Source: Tricharina praecox (taxonomy: Eukaryota). Taken from it: a stretch of 64,000 nt of DNA. Shown here piece by piece: positions 11,373-25,825 of this stretch. The position numbers and the translations under genes are program-made. The notes under the pieces were generated by a model. It had not been told where the DNA came from. It saw only the letters and a program-made list of their open reading frames with translations, and did no database searches. Position 1 is the stretch's first letter, and each line of letters starts with the position of its first letter. The stretch spans positions 496,001 to 560,000 of the forward strand of contig NW_026250407.1 of NCBI RefSeq assembly GCF_024521635.1, in the 5' to 3' direction.

Positions 11373-12181
11373 CTACACCAACTCCCTCAAGTACCTCTCG
11401 ACGACGCCCGCCACGCGCTCACAGCCCAGCACCTCATCATGTCGTCCCACGACCTTAACGACCCTCAACCCGCCGCCCACGCCGATCGTATCCTCACACC
11501 TTCCTTTCATCTCCTCGGTCTGCCGCCAGCTCAGTAGCTCATCGCTATCGCTCTGCGCGAGCACCACGAGGCCCGTATACCCGCCCAGCGCCAGCGGCGC
11601 CGGCCACCCCGCCTGCTCCGCGCCAAACGCCCCCTCCACGAACCCCCGGTAGTCCGGGTACTCCGCCACCAGCGCCCGGAGATCGTAGATCCCCTCAAGG
11701 CCGTAGATTGCCCGCGGGGGGTGCTGCGCACTGGCGAGCGCCTGGAACGCCAGCGTCGCACCGGCGGAGTGCCCAACTAGAGCGTACTCGCGCATGCCGT
11801 AGTGCGTGCGCAGGTGCTGAAGTGCGGCCTGTACGTCGTCTATGTGGTCCGGGTGCCGGATTGGGGAGGGGTGGGAGCTGGATAGGCGGTAGTTGAGGGA
11901 TGCGGCGTTGATGGGCATGGGCAGCGAGGCGCTGAGGAGGTGGTTGATCAGCGGGTTGCCGGCTGAGCAGGTGATGCGGGGGTCGCGCCAGGCGCCGCCG
12001 TGTATGAAGCTGTGACACCGAGTCAGCGGGATCGTCTACGGAGGGGGGGAGGGGGAAAGTACATCACCCATAATGCGGACGGCGACTTGGTGAGGTGGTA
12101 GACATCGAGGGTTTGGAGCTCGTGGGAGGCGTATGATACAGTCGTCTTGATAGCTTCTATATCGACTCTGCTCGTTGCCAT
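11373..12181 (-). CDS. BNA7: Kynurenine formamidase (alpha/beta hydrolase)
   Basis: Exons 12181-12063 and 12009-11373, 251 aa. IFIHGGAWRDP oxyanion motif, GHSAG nucleophile elbow, GIYDL, C-terminal GRHDE. Confidence 0.9.
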
Positions 12182-12810
12182 CGATTGAGTGCTGCGGGTT
12201 GATAAGGCTGATTGAAGTGAGTGTTCGAGCGACGGAGGTTGCCGCTTGTTATCAGGGATGGTCTTGGCAGGATCGAAGGGAGTGCAGACTGTTCCCGAAG
12301 GCTGTCAGGAGCTTCGGGGTGGTCGGGGGCTTTATATACACGTGGCCGCCTTATCAGTCGCGTAGAGAGGTAAGGTAGCTTCGAGCTGTGTGATGCAGCT
12401 TCCCTCCGGATCGATGCACTCAGCATGGCCAGCTGAGCGACATGTTGAACGTCGGTCGGGATGCGTTAATGCAGGTTCGTTCGCCCTGGCTGTTGGGTTG
12501 GGGTCAGGTGCCTTGCATGTCCAGGTTATGTGCCGTGCCGTAGGCTTGGACGTACTACGTACTCCTGTCAGACAGCAGCAGTGCGGTCACTGGCGGCCAC
12601 CGCCCATGTTTGGAATCGAATGCCCGGCTCACGCCGGTGGTTTGCGATTCGGTACGTAGTGAACACCATCGTTCGTATCGAAAACAACACCCAGCGGAAG
12701 GTGATAAATGAACAAGTAGGTAGATAACAATGCACGAACAGATTTGTCAACCGGGGCCCGGAAAGCCATGAAAAAAAACATTAAAAACGAATCCTCTTCC
12801 CAAATGCCGT

Positions 12811-13951
12811 TTAATTATTGGGGCCAGCTCCACCGAATCCACCGGGTCCGCCGGGTCCGCCGGGGAAACCACCTGCTCCGCCAGCTCCACCAAGGCTACC
12901 AAGGATGTTCTGAGCCCTAGTCGTAAAAAGTCAGCACGGTCCCTCGTTCTTAGTCCAGGGCGGGGTAGAAGCCATACATCGCAGCAAACTGGGGGTTCTG
13001 CATAAGGCCCGCGATCTCGCTCATGTCTGGCATACCCTGACCACCGAGGAGTCCCTTGAGCATGTTCTGCATCTCAGCCGGGTTACCGAGCTTCTCCTTC
13101 GCAAGATTTGCGAGCATGGGGTTGTTGAGCATGCTCGCCATGTCGAAACCGCCTGGACCTCCCGCACCAGGCCCGCCACTGCTAGGTCCTCCCCGGCTCG
13201 TGACGGCCTCCTCGGCATCGACCCTCTTCTTGGCTGTTTCGTATCCGACCTTCATTAATGGAGTTCCGCCGTTGCCCTCCGCGTCGATGCCGGCCTTGTA
13301 CGCCTCCATCGCTCCACGGTTGTCGCCCTTGGAGTATCTCGCGTGTCCCAGGCGCGACCAGGCCTTGCTGTATGAAGGATCGGTATCAACGGCGGTCTCG
13401 GCGTCCCTGATCGCAGCATCATAGTTTCCGGTATTCGAGAACGCCGCAGCACGGTTCGAAAGGTAAATGGGGTTGTTGGGGTGGATGTTGAGAGCTTGGG
13501 AGTAGAAATCGATAGCGCCAGTGTAGTCTTTCTTCGACATGGCAGCATTTCCTTGGCTCTTCAAAGCTTCGGCCTCTGCCTTCTCAGCATCGGTTGGCTG
13601 CTTGGTACCGGCACCGGCAGCGGGGGTGGTGGAGGCCGCAGGCTTCGGTGTTGTCTTGCCCTTCATCTTCTCGAATACGCTGTAGATGGCCACGAGTGAC
13701 TGGCCGCCGAGGGCATCGGCAACAGCGGCTTTATCCTCGGGATCGACTTTGAACGCATCCGCGATGCATTGGGTAGCGACCTCTATGGACTCCTTCTCGT
13801 CGGGGCTCAGGGTGCCGTCGGTGGTAGAGGTGGTAAGAAAGTCGATGACCGCGAGCGCGAGTTTCTTCTTTGATTCGGTGCTCTATAATAACCCCATTTC
13901 ATCAGAAACTTGCCGGCAAACAGAGAATAGGGGAGTCAGTGATATTACCAT
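12811..13951 (-). CDS. SGT2: Small glutamine-rich TPR co-chaperone of the GET pathway
   Basis: Exons 13951-13949 (ATG only), 13882-12978 and 12916-12811. N-terminal dimerisation domain KKKLALAVIDFL...ESIEVATQCIADAF, three TPRs (YLSNRAAA, YSKAWSRLG) and an STI1-like C-terminus. Confidence 0.93.
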
Positions 13952-15331
13952 CTTTGCGTTCGTGGTTCTGTAGTAATAGTTGAAGGCGTTGATGAAATCC
14001 TTCGAATCGAGCGAGCGAACGAGGGACGGTAATGTGTGGGGCAAGGCAATAAAGAGGGGCGGAATGTTCTCGAGCTGGGGTTAGCGCCACCACCGCCACG
14101 CCACCCCTCGGAGAGCATGTGCTTCCCCCGGGAAGTGACGATCGACGAGCCGAGATAAGCAGATCTACCCGTTCCACAACTCGTGGCAGGCGCAAAGTAT
14201 CCGCAAAACGAGTTTCTGTTCTCGATTCGATGTCCACCAACACTCCCCTAACTAGTGTATATGTAGCAAATGCCTGTCACGATATGTAACAAGGGAAGCA
14301 TGCATAGATACGGATGACCCAAGCTCTTGTAGCGACGAGATTCAGTAAAGCACACGCTTTGACTCGGTCCATCGGTAGGTTAGATGAAGCTCGTGGCCCA
14401 AAGGGTCTCTGTCGCGATCTTCTCCATCCACTATTCGACGACTGCAGTCAAAGATTTAGTTCATTGCTCGAGCTCTCTAGTATTCCTTCCCTTTAGATGA
14501 TATGGATGAAGATTAGCGTGTTATGTCTAGAAGTTATGCTGTTTGAGATATGTCTATACGAAGCAAATGATTCTTGACAATTAACACGCTTTCAGTATGC
14601 TAGATTTTACCATTCCTGGGGCTGCCATGTGAGGAGCCTGTCTCAGAAGTGCCAACCGCACCATTCGCTCTACCATAGGGATGCCACCCGTACCGCCCCG
14701 CCCCGTCCCGTCCGTCTGTCTTTCTCTGACATCTCCCGGACAACCCGCACGATTTCGGAGGGCCGAAGAGACTGCGCCCACATTCCCGGAACGAGGCATG
14801 ATTCTAGAGTATCACAACCCGGGTCTCAGTCCTGGAGACCACCTCATCTACCCGAATACGCCTCCCACACGACCGATACATAGACGGAAGAATGATTGAA
14901 CGGCCCGTTGCGATCTCTCGTTGTGGTGCCCGTCAGCTCAGTAGTTGCGGGAAAAAAACACATCCATTACCGATCTGCTTGTCTCTTAGGTAGTCTTGGG
15001 GAACCGTATGTAGAGCCTGCATGGGATTGAGGTTCGAACCTTGAACTATATGATATTCCTCTCGTCAGAGCTGTTCTTCATCTCGCTAAATGACATCCTA
15101 TCTCTCCGCACTCGGAAATGCATCAACTCGGCATCCGACAATCTCAGTCGGCCCTGAAAGAGTATCCAAAGACGGGCAGATGGGCGGGAGAGCGGGAGCT
15201 TATCCGTTATGCAAATCGAACCCCGGTCTACAGACGAGGTTAGTCTTAGATGCCCGGATTTTGGGCTCGAATAACTGTGCTTGAGGAGCTATTATTCCAA
15301 GCCGCTTGGCGGTTTTCTTCCAAGCCGACTC

Positions 15332-15388
15332 ATCCAAGCGTCTCACACGTATCCAAGCGTCTCACACGTATCCAAGCGTCTCACACGT
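15332..15388. repeat. 19-bp tandem repeat x3 (ATCCAAGCGTCTCACACGT)
   Basis: Three perfect copies read directly. Confidence 0.95.
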
Positions 15389-15861
15389 AAAACCTCGTAC
15401 ATAACTCGAGTGTGTAGCAGTTCGAGGACAGAAATGCTGGGGATGCATAAAAATTCACTCGACTATGCTGGTTTTTGGGACTTTGGTTTTCTTCGTTATT
15501 TCCCGCAAGCCGCGAACATCCTCATGAGGACATGTGATGTGTAATGTGTGCAGCTCGGTGGATTCAACAGCTTGAATGGCAGACTGTGGGAACGAGTGTG
15601 TTCTTGTGAGCATTCCACTAGCCGTTCGGAGGACAGGTGGTCGGTGCTTGCAACATTCGGTGCGGTAGCGGGTCAAAGTTCGGTTTTCTTTCGTATCACT
15701 CGGACAACAATGCGGCGCATATGGTCTTGGAACTTGAGCATCACGGTGTTTAACATGCGGCACTCAGCAAGTGATCATTCCATACTACCGGTCACCGCAC
15801 TTGAGCAAACAGTAACACCCCAGCCTTTAGTCACCACCGCCAGCCTAACGTGATGTTCAAT

Positions 15862-16500
15862 GAAGGCTGAGTATCAGAAGACGGACCGCAGAGCAGGATG
15901 CCTCAATGAGCGGATACTGACATACTGTTTACGATGAATGCTGGAGCTCGAGGGGATCAATCAAGCTACCTAGACAGCCTGGTTTTCAACTTCGAGTTAT
16001 GGGGATACGGTGGTGTGAGTAGAAGCGGGTGATGAGTCATGAACGATAATCATACATTCCTGTCACTCTATCCAATCTGTGAGTTATCACTCAATCAGTT
16101 GACCGAGAGGTTCATGTATCCCGCAAAGAAAAAATTGCGGTGTGTAGACTGCATAATAGACGGTCGGCGGGGGTGAACACGGCTTTCACTCCTCATTTGA
16201 CCGCTCTAGTTATCCGTGTTTATTTCTCGTTCACTCCGGACGTCCACTACCGGCAATAACACATGCTGCCATCATTCCGAGCCTTTGCAAAAAATAAAAA
16301 TAAATGTCCCACATCATTCCAAGCTTGTACTCCTTGTTGTTGCGAGCAATCATTGTTGTTGCCAGCACTCGATTCTTCCAAGCTCAACTGGGCTCTTCCA
16401 AGCCCGCACATGTTGTCGTTCCAAGCCCGCATTTCAAAATACACTCCACAAAACCCTCTGTTACATGGTGGGAACTGTATTGCTTGAATATCGGCATCTA
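15862..16500 (+). repeat. Dispersed repeat, copy A (probable TE relic or solo-LTR-like)
   Basis: Aligns by eye over its length to the reverse complement of 54465-55082, e.g. shared CGGTGGTGTGAGTAGAAGCGGGTGAT, CGCAAAGAAAAAATTGCGGTG and TTTGACCGCTCTAGTTATCCGTGTTTATTT. Confidence 0.9.
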
Positions 16501-16636
16501 AGTCTGGCAGAACTTTCCTTGCCACGTCCGTCATTACCAGGAACTCCAGGATCGCATCGCTGTAGTACTCATTATATTGGCGGAGGCGCTCCTCTAAAAG
16601 TGTAGGATGCGTCCTTCATGTCACGCATCGAGTGAT

Positions 16637-16920
16637 CAGTGCAGGCAACAGCCCGAAAAGCCCATGGGCTGGGCTGGGGCTGGTGGGCTGATCTGATAGC
16701 CCGGGCTATCAGTTGGGCTGGGCGGGCTGGATCGTAGAGTTGATAGGGTAACTCTACGACAATAGATAGGAAAAACGTTGGTCAACGAAGAGTAGCAGTG
16801 TGAGGCATCATAACAACTCACTCGCTGCAGCCGGGCTGCCAAGACCAGCCCAGCCCGGGCTGGGCTCCACGCGCCGGGCTGCGGGCTGACTTTGATTGGG
16901 CTGGGCTGTTGCCTGCACTG
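16637..16920. mobile_element. hAT-type MITE, 284 bp
   Basis: Perfect 18-bp TIRs CAGTGCAGGCAACAGCCC / GGGCTGTTGCCTGCACTG; perfect 8-bp TSD CGAGTGAT (16629-16636 and 16921-16928); many subterminal GGGCT/AGCCC motifs; no transposase. Confidence 0.93.
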
Positions 16921-18200
16921 CGAGTGATATCTCAAGTGTTACTGTGCACATATATACCTACTGGGATATCTCCGTGTGCACAGTTCGAGATTCACCACGG
17001 ACGATCGGGATGCGCGCATCGCTCATTGCGAGCCAATACCAGTACATGCAGTCGTCATGTACCTATACAAGCGGAACTAGCAAAAGCCACGATCTCAGCG
17101 ACGGGTGCGGTGCGAGGCCGCGACATAGGGGAGTGCAGCGCCGTCGAGCCCATTGCCGAAACACCATGCGGTCGGGGAAAAAGGTGCGTAAATTTTTTAT
17201 AATCTAGATCAGCTCTCTACGTGCAATAGGTACTGAAGAAAAATAAACGAACAAGTACCTGCAGCCGGTGCGCCCACGTGTTTCCTGGCTGTCAACCATG
17301 TCCGTCATATTGATTTTATAAAAACTGTCTTTCAGCCAAAGTAGCTCAACTGAATTAAAATTCTTCTGGCAGCACCTCTCCCGGCCAGGTGTCTTGGCTT
17401 TTTGCACTCGGCGACTGGGGTTCGATTCGTGGTTGTGGTTTCTTCTTTTTTGGTTTACTACCCATGTATAGTACTCCACTTACCCTCCGCAAAAACATAC
17501 ATATCCCCAGTGAATTATTGGTACGCTTGTTTCCTGGGTGGATTTGTGTGTCTCGGCTTCTCAAGCTCTTCCTCGGATCCGGCCCTTCCAATCCGCCCAC
17601 CTATTCCGCGACAACCCGCGTTCCAAAACCTCGCTCCGACCCCGGATGCTGGTTACAGCCTTACAGGGCGGTGGTGATGGTGCAGGAAATACAGTACGGT
17701 ACCTGTCGATCCGACTGTTCGGCTTGGAATCTGGATGCCCGGAGGCTACCAAAGTACCTAGGTATGCAACAGCGCCAGGCGGGCGAGCGGGCGGGCCGAC
17801 GGATCCGTGGTGGATGCTCGAAAGTGGCAGTGGCAGTCAGTGGCAGCAGTACCGTAGTGGTGTCAAAAGTTTAAAGACCGAGAAAGCCCACCGAGAAAGC
17901 CCAAAGGTGTCCGGAACTTGGAAGAAGCGGTTGGCCGCGGTTGACCGTTGATCTTTGATCGTTGATCTTGGCGCGCAAAGGTAGGCGAGAGGTTGAATAA
18001 GTAAACAAGTAGGTGAGGCGATCTATGGGTACGTAGCCGGTACGTACGTACGGTGCAGTCGAGTCGAGTCAGCTCCGCGCAGGAGGACCTGGGAAGAGAG
18101 GTGTTGGTCAAGCATATGGCCGTTGGTTTGGTTGGCCTTTGGAATTGAAACGTACATACATGGTAACATGATACCTCCCACTACACCAGCCAGCCGGAAA

Positions 18201-18319
<119 letters not shown>

Positions 18320-20312
18320 CCATTATATTTGGTGCTGGGCTGGACTGGACGAAACCCCGCTGGCTGCTTGCTGGCAACTATCAATGAGCCACGGCAAACA
18401 CTGGGCTGGTTTGTGGTCGACTGTTGACGTCTTTGGACTCCAGATTCCAAACGCTTGGAAGTTGGAACACAACACGGCTCGGAGGGAGTCTACGCCATCC
18501 GCCATCCCCTTGGTGCTTGTTGCTTGCCGATAGCCTCAGAGCACGAGCACTCGGACCCTGCCTGCGTTGTGAAGCCCAACTCATGGTGAGTGATAGTTCA
18601 AGAAGCATGAAATATATGCAGCTCTGGCCGCCACCAAGTTGCCAATCGCCAATCACCACGTTACGTGCGAGCCGGTGGGTAGCCATTCGTTGAGCGCCGG
18701 TTCAGCGGCGTAGGCCTGAGTTGAATCTCCCGTGGCGCTGGCCCTGCTGGGCGGATCTACATACGTCAACGCATTGTCCGATCTCGAGCTAGGTACTTGA
18801 AACTTGAGTGTGCACCTTGGGAGTGAGTGATGCACTATGGGTCACTCGATTCCATGCTTTGACTCTTTGATCGGCGACAATTTTGACGACAACGCACTTC
18901 TCTTGACCCCACAGCATAAATGCGGACTATACGGAGTATACGATACCGTACGATGATCGTCACATGCCTCTTGGCCCCAGCAGCGTATAGTAAATGCAGG
19001 CGGGCAGGCAGACGGGCAGTTGAAATTCTACGCGTGGTCATGGGGTACGATCGTACGGTACAGCTCGGAAATGATAAATCACAATTAACTCACGTGCAAA
19101 AGGTGGTTAGATGGCAAGGCTCCGAGACGCAGCAACAAGTTTCAACTCTCTCATGCGGGATCTCTATCTACAGGACGTCGGGGCCCAGCAACCGCCGACC
19201 GGAGCGATGGCGGGTTGTCACTCGGAAGGAAGGAAGGAAGGAAGCGCCTGTTCGCCATTCCATTTGCTCCGCGCGGAACGCGGAACGCTGAGCGCAGGCA
19301 CGCACGCCCGCCCACTCACCCTCGCCCTCACGTCCAGCTGCTGGGCATTGACGAGGGGATCGCTCGTGACCCATCCGGTCAAGGCTTCACCGCATCCACT
19401 CCACTCGATACCCATTTGTCGTAGAATGTCGATGTCGACAGTCGCAACGAAGCAATGCGACACACGGCACTGCCCATTGGCCGTGCACTCACTCGAGCGG
19501 GTGGCCCAGTCGACAGATCGAACCGCTGATCGAGGAAGGGACGGATGCATCTGCTGGGCCCGACCGCGGGGGAGGGGGGGCATGGCATGCGGCACATCGA
19601 TCGACGAGGACGACGACGACGACAACAGCAACAACACCGACACCGACAACGTTTCTTTTCCCATGATTGCTCCATGCTATAGCGGCCCCCGAAGCGTCGG
19701 AGAGTTTTGCCGGGCCCAACAATGCCATGGTCCGTGGTAACGAACGTTAGCTTACCTACATACATAGAGCACCTACCTAGGCAGCTTAGCGTGCATACGG
19801 ACAGACAGACAGACTGCACCAGCACCAGCACCAGCAACCAGCACCAGCATTCTTCGCGCTGGAGTTGGACGAGGGGAGCGAGGGAGCAATGCAATGCCGT
19901 TCGACACGTCGATGTGCCTCGCCGAAAAGAGAAGCGTCCTGCCTGGCCGGCCGTCAACGCCGACGAATATGCAGCGCGGGCTGAGAGGGTCGATAGGGCA
20001 TCAGACGGGGCATGTGTCTGCGTATGTATTTTGGAAATAGGTTGATTTGGGCTAGGCGGGAGGGAGGGGGGGGGGGGGGGGGGGGGGTGAAGCGAGAGGG
20101 GTGGGAGGGTGGGAGGGATGGAGATAGAGAGGAGGGGAGGAGGAGGAGGAAAGGAGGAATGGAGCAGGAATGGAGGATGCTTGCAGCCAGTGCAGCTAGA
20201 GTAGAGTACTCTGGGCGGTTGATGTCCACGGCCGCCTACCTACTTTTGCCTACTACTATGATGAGTACATATCATAGTACTTTGCTCGCCTATGCTGCTC
20301 CCGCACGGCAAT

Positions 20313-20372
20313 CCGCTCGCCTACTTCACTCCGCTCGCCTACTTCACTCCGCTCGCCTACTTCACTCCGCTC
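20313..20372. repeat. 18-bp tandem repeat, about 3 copies (CCGCTCGCCTACTTCACT)
   Basis: Read directly. Confidence 0.9.
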
Positions 20373-22707
20373 CGCTACTTTGCTGCCCGTCTTCGATGCG
20401 GAGCAGACAATCTCAATCTCGGGCCAGCGCCAGCGCAATCTTCAGGGGCTGCGCATGCGTGTATGGATAGTAGAGTAGTGTAGTCGACTGGAGGATCGTC
20501 GGCGTTTAGCTAAATGTCGTCGATTGGGTCTCTTGCAGACCACTTGCGTTGACTAGCTATCACCATCTTGGAAGAAACGTCTGCCATACCCACATCCACA
20601 TGGGCCGGCGATCTAGGCGGAGCATGCATGTACGGTCAACAGGCCACAACCCCACCAGCATCTCCACCACCGCCTGCACCACCACCACCGCCAACGGGAG
20701 TGTGTGTAGTCCGCAATCAAAAAATCACCAACTGCAGTCTGCACCCTGCATTCTGCAGTCTGCAGTCACGAAACGAATGCGGCGCTCTTCCTGCATCGCA
20801 CGAAAAGGAAGGGTCTGCACCTGCCATGAACCATGGCCCAGGAAATCCCTTGGGGCGCAAAAACGAACGAAAGAAGAGAAAGAGGAAAAAAGAAAACACA
20901 AGCAAGGAAAGGAAAGGGAAAAAAAGAACGCGGAACTGTTCATCCCCACCAGCCGATGCGGCGGCGCGACGAGCTCGAACCGATCCTGCGGCTCAGAAAG
21001 CAACCAACGCACCGAGAGGACGGAAGGTAACCAAACAGATCCTGCAGGCCAGCAGGCAATCAAGCAAGCAAGCATCGGCTCGAAGGCGAAACGTAAACGA
21101 GCACACTTCTTGCTGGCCGAAAACGGGACCCTTCGCTGGCGCCGGCCGATTGAACGAAGGCTGCCGAAGAGAGAGGGAAAGAGAGACAGAGGAAAAGCTA
21201 AACCGCCGAGCTTTCGACTTGCAGCCGGTTCGAGGACCGCTCTGGATATCGAGGGTCTACGGGATGCCCCAGGTCGACGGAGGGAAACACCGGCCTTTGC
21301 GAGCGTTGATAGCTAGCCCACTATCTGCGACCTCCACCAACTGCACTCTAGCTATCTACATGCCAAGTAGCTACGCGACCCCAGGTGAAACCCTGCATGC
21401 GCACTGCGGGAAAGCAGCTGTCAACTCTACCGATGTGACATGTCACTCTCAAACAGCTCTGGCTTCCCGACTTTTGTTTCATCGCCCCGTTCCCATCTAC
21501 TATTAGACTATGGGCCCAATCCACTGGCGAGCGGATCGCATCACTCATGGCCCACAGTACGGCATACCGATAACCTTACCACCCATACTATAGCTGGCGG
21601 ACCAGACGCGGGGTAAAGGTCATTGAAGGATCCTGTGATGTTGACGACCATTTGCACCCCACACACATACAGCTCCGGTTCTCTTCCCTTTCACTTGTTT
21701 CACTTGCTTCGATTGCTTCACTTGCATGGGGCAGGTCAGGAAACCACTCTAGCTCGCAGCTTCGACCGTTGCCCACGGCCTGGCCTGGGCACTGCCGAAT
21801 GTTTCCGCCGGCTCCACCACCACCACCACCACCACCACCACCACCACCACCACCACCACCACCACGTCCGCCGGCGTTTTGCGCGGTTTTGTGGACGAGA
21901 CTACTGAAAGGAGGGGGTATGTACTCTCCTCTCGCTCGCGATGCAGCCCGGATGCGAACATCGAAGGGCGGCGATCGAATATACCCCGACATCCATAACA
22001 CAGATCGAGTCGAGTTGAGTCGAGTCGAATGCAAAAGGCCGCGAGGCAGTGTGTACCTTCGACCAAGCCGGGAGGTTCTCGATACTTCGGCAGCTGATTC
22101 TCCTCTACATACACACATATATACTTCGCCCACAGGTAGGTGCTGCTGCTGCTCAGTGCTGGCTGGCTAGCTATGCTCGTGCATCGTTTCGCTTGATACG
22201 TACGAACGCTGGATCCATTGACGGTGGATGAGGGGTAACAGCCGCTAGTTAGAGCAGATATCTCTGGCTGTAAGTGCTGTCTCCCACGACCGTCCAGGGC
22301 TGGCTACGAACCCCGATCCTTCCTCCCTCGCACCTCCCCTCCCTCGCACCTCCCCTCCCTCGCACCTCCCCTCCCTCCCTCCATCCTTCCGTTCGTCTCC
22401 TGAGGGATATATTCATGTTTCCACATGACACGACACGACTAGGTTTTTTTTCTCTCTCTCTCCAGCCAGCCAGCCATTCGTGATGATCAAGTGCTGTCTA
22501 ACTACATACCTAACTAGTGGGAATATTCGCAATCAGACGCCTGGCCTGGCATGCAGCATTCGGACGAATGCGGCTTTTCTCCATCCTGCGCCATGCATGC
22601 ACGGTTTAGGGACTTGGTTCGGCTCGCAGATGCCTGAAGGGTCCGGTTCGTTCGTTCTGCTCGATATGTACGTGATATGAGATAGAAAGAAAGGTATGGC
22701 GAGAATG

Positions 22708-22708
22708 A

Positions 22709-22767
<59 letters not shown>
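22708..22767. repeat. (AAAG)n microsatellite
   Basis: Read directly. Confidence 0.95.
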
Positions 22768-23896
22768 CAAACAAGCAAGCAAGCACGAGAAACATAAGGG
22801 GGATGATATAGGTACCTGAGCACCTAAGATGTATAGTATGAAGTATGTATGTGTGCGAGTAAAGGCCTCGACATAGAGCATGTATACCCTCGAGCTCTGG
22901 CCAAACCGACGGCCGGACGCACAAGTGCCGATCACCATCTCAAATATCTCGAATATGTGGTTTGCAATGTGCATGAACGATGCCGAAGCAATGCGGAGGC
23001 AGGAAGCATATGCCATAGCATAGCAGCGAACGGAACCGGTGCAAAGCAGAGATCAAGTGTAGTCGCCAAAATACCTACTCTGTGTCTTGTACTTGTGCAT
23101 ACTTCCCCCCAGTTTCTCGCTGTGCGCACTGCGTGCGTGCGTGCTGGGGATGTGCTGGGGATTTATCCTGAGCTGGACGAAATGAATGGTTGTCTGAAAG
23201 CGGTGGGGAGGTAGCTGTGCTACATGCCTCGATGGTTACCGTGATAATCTTCAGTAGGTATCCACAGTACTGTCCGCAGCCCACTGTCCAGTGTCCACAG
23301 CTCCAGCCTAGGCTACATGTTTATCCAATCCGGTAGTTACCGTATCATAGCAATCATCAATGGAGTACAACACATACGCGAGGGCTTCTTGAAGATTGGA
23401 ACCATACATACTCCATACATACACACAGTAGGTACGACAAGTTTCCATCCATGGCCATCCATCCATGTCGGCGCTCGCCACTCGCATTCTACCCATTTCC
23501 AAACAAATGTTTTATACGATGTGTGGCTTCATACTTCGTACCTCATAGCTTATCGACTTCTCAGTTTGTCGCGGACCGCTAGTATATATACTGGAATACA
23601 TAGAGTACCCCGAACCCACTGGCACGGGCACGAGCACGGGAACGGGTGATCTCCCACTCCTCGGCCTTCTTCGGGTCCGGGCCCGGGTCCGGCGCGCTCC
23701 TCGGGGGCCCGGGGTGGTGGCTCGCCAACCGTCAACGTGTTTGACAGCCTCTGCCGCTGCCGCTGTCACAGACTCACAGTCGCTGCCGCAGACTCGCAGA
23801 CTCGCAGATGACCAAGGGGCGGCGGAATCGGCGAATCCGCGGGTGGATCGAAACAGGCTCGCACACCTGGCGACCTAGCGTAGAGTACACGGCTGA

Positions 23897-24042
23897 GCAG
23901 GCAGAGGCAGGTAAAGGCAGGCAGAGGCAGGTAAAGGCAGGTAGAGGCAGGCATGAAAGGTAAAGGCAGGTAGAGACAGGCAGAGGTGGGTAGAGGCAGG
24001 TAAAGGTAGGTAAAAGCAGGTAAAGGCAGGTAAAGGCAGGCA
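23897..24042. repeat. Degenerate GGCAGGTAAA/GGCAGA tandem array
   Basis: Read directly. Confidence 0.85.
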
Positions 24043-25787
24043 ATGGTCGGATTAAGGTGGATTAAGGTCGGATTAAGGTTTGGGGAGCCGCAGGGTCCCA
24101 CCCTCCTCCCCGCCACCGCGGCCCGCCTACTTACATACATTATACCAAGTAAGTACATACGGTACCATGCATCGTATCATATCATGGGATGGGATGCGGG
24201 ATGGTTGCATGTCTTTTTTGTTGTGGTGATGGCTCGTTGGAATGGGTGTCTTGATTCTTGAGTTCCTCGGGGGAGAGGGTGGGAGTCGTTGCGAGATGCT
24301 TCCTGGTATCATACCTGCTTAGAAATGTATGTGGTTATTCCACTGTAACTACATAAACCACTACCTACTTCGGTATAACTATAGCAGATCTCCTTACATA
24401 CTACACAACTCTCCTGGAATTAGGTATTTTGAGCCCACAGCCCAGTGACAACTTCCGGAACCCCACCATGTCAATCCCCCACAATCCCCTCGTTGCAAGT
24501 TGCAACCACTCTGGCTACTACATATAAGCATGTAGATTTCCGATGATCTTCCGTCAATCTGGGCCAAAGTAGGGGAGGGATGGAGGGAGATCTATCCACG
24601 AAAATCTCCCAGACCCCCAATGAATGAATGAATGAATGAATGAATGATCCATGGAAGATTCTTTAGAGTTGCTACCGCATTGAATTGAAATTTGAACGAA
24701 AGATCGAGAGACAGCAGCAGAAGCAGCAGCTGCTGCGGCGTCAATCCGTCCGGATGCAGTGCAGTGGGGTATGTAAATTACAAGATTAAGAGGGAGGGAA
24801 GTGACCGGAAGGGAAGAGAAGGGAAATTCCCAAGGGAAAATATTGGTGATTGCGCATCGTCCTCCTCATGCAGAATCACTGTTCATGGACGGTACGGAAC
24901 GGCCGATTTGTTCCCAAGGACATGTATGTAGGCAACTTTCCATCCCATGCCCCCCACGCAAGATACCGGTATGAAGATAGCGAGTACGCACGGGAGAGGC
25001 GAGGGAGCCTGGCGCCTCATTGAGGAGTCAGGACGACCGCTGGCTATGGCGGTCTACATGCCTACTTGAGTACCTACGTCCTGTCTACCAAGTATCTAAG
25101 TATTTACTTATGTAGAGGATGATATAGTGTTATAATCATCATTGATCACAAGAGGCGGACAGTTGGCTGTTGCCGTATCTATGAAAAATAATCACCAGGC
25201 TGCTGGGCTGTTGATGCCTACCTAAGTACCGGCATCCGTCGAGCAGCGAGTCGTCATGCCATCACGCACTCCAGCCCCGCCGCCGTAGCGAGCGAGGGGG
25301 CGGGTGAAGCTGGCGTCCTCCTTGGAGCTATGTAGGTAGCCAGTCCCCAATCACATCCCCACTCAAGCCATGGCTGTAGAGTACTGTACCTACACACGGC
25401 ATCCGTGCCCTCTCCGTGGTGCATAGGAACGCTCACAAACACTCACTCGCGCTTCCACTCCGTCCATTCTGTCGATAACGCGATACTCGATCGCAATTGC
25501 GATTGTGCTAGATAGTTATCTGCAGCAATACCGAACCTAATCGGTGCTGCGGCTGGCAGCCTGCGGAGCAAACGGCCGCAATCGCTTGTCTGGCTGGATG
25601 GCGCCGGAATAATGGGCAAGAGCTGTTCGAATGGCATCTAGGTAGGATTCTGGACATGTATGTACGAGCCACCTGCGGTGATAAGTGTGGAGTCACTGAG
25701 TGTGCAGTGGGAATAAGCAAAATTCCCCACGGAGCCTCGGAGGTACCATCTGTCCAGAGTCCAAGTGCATATTTCGATAACAGTTTC

Positions 25788-25825
<38 letters not shown>

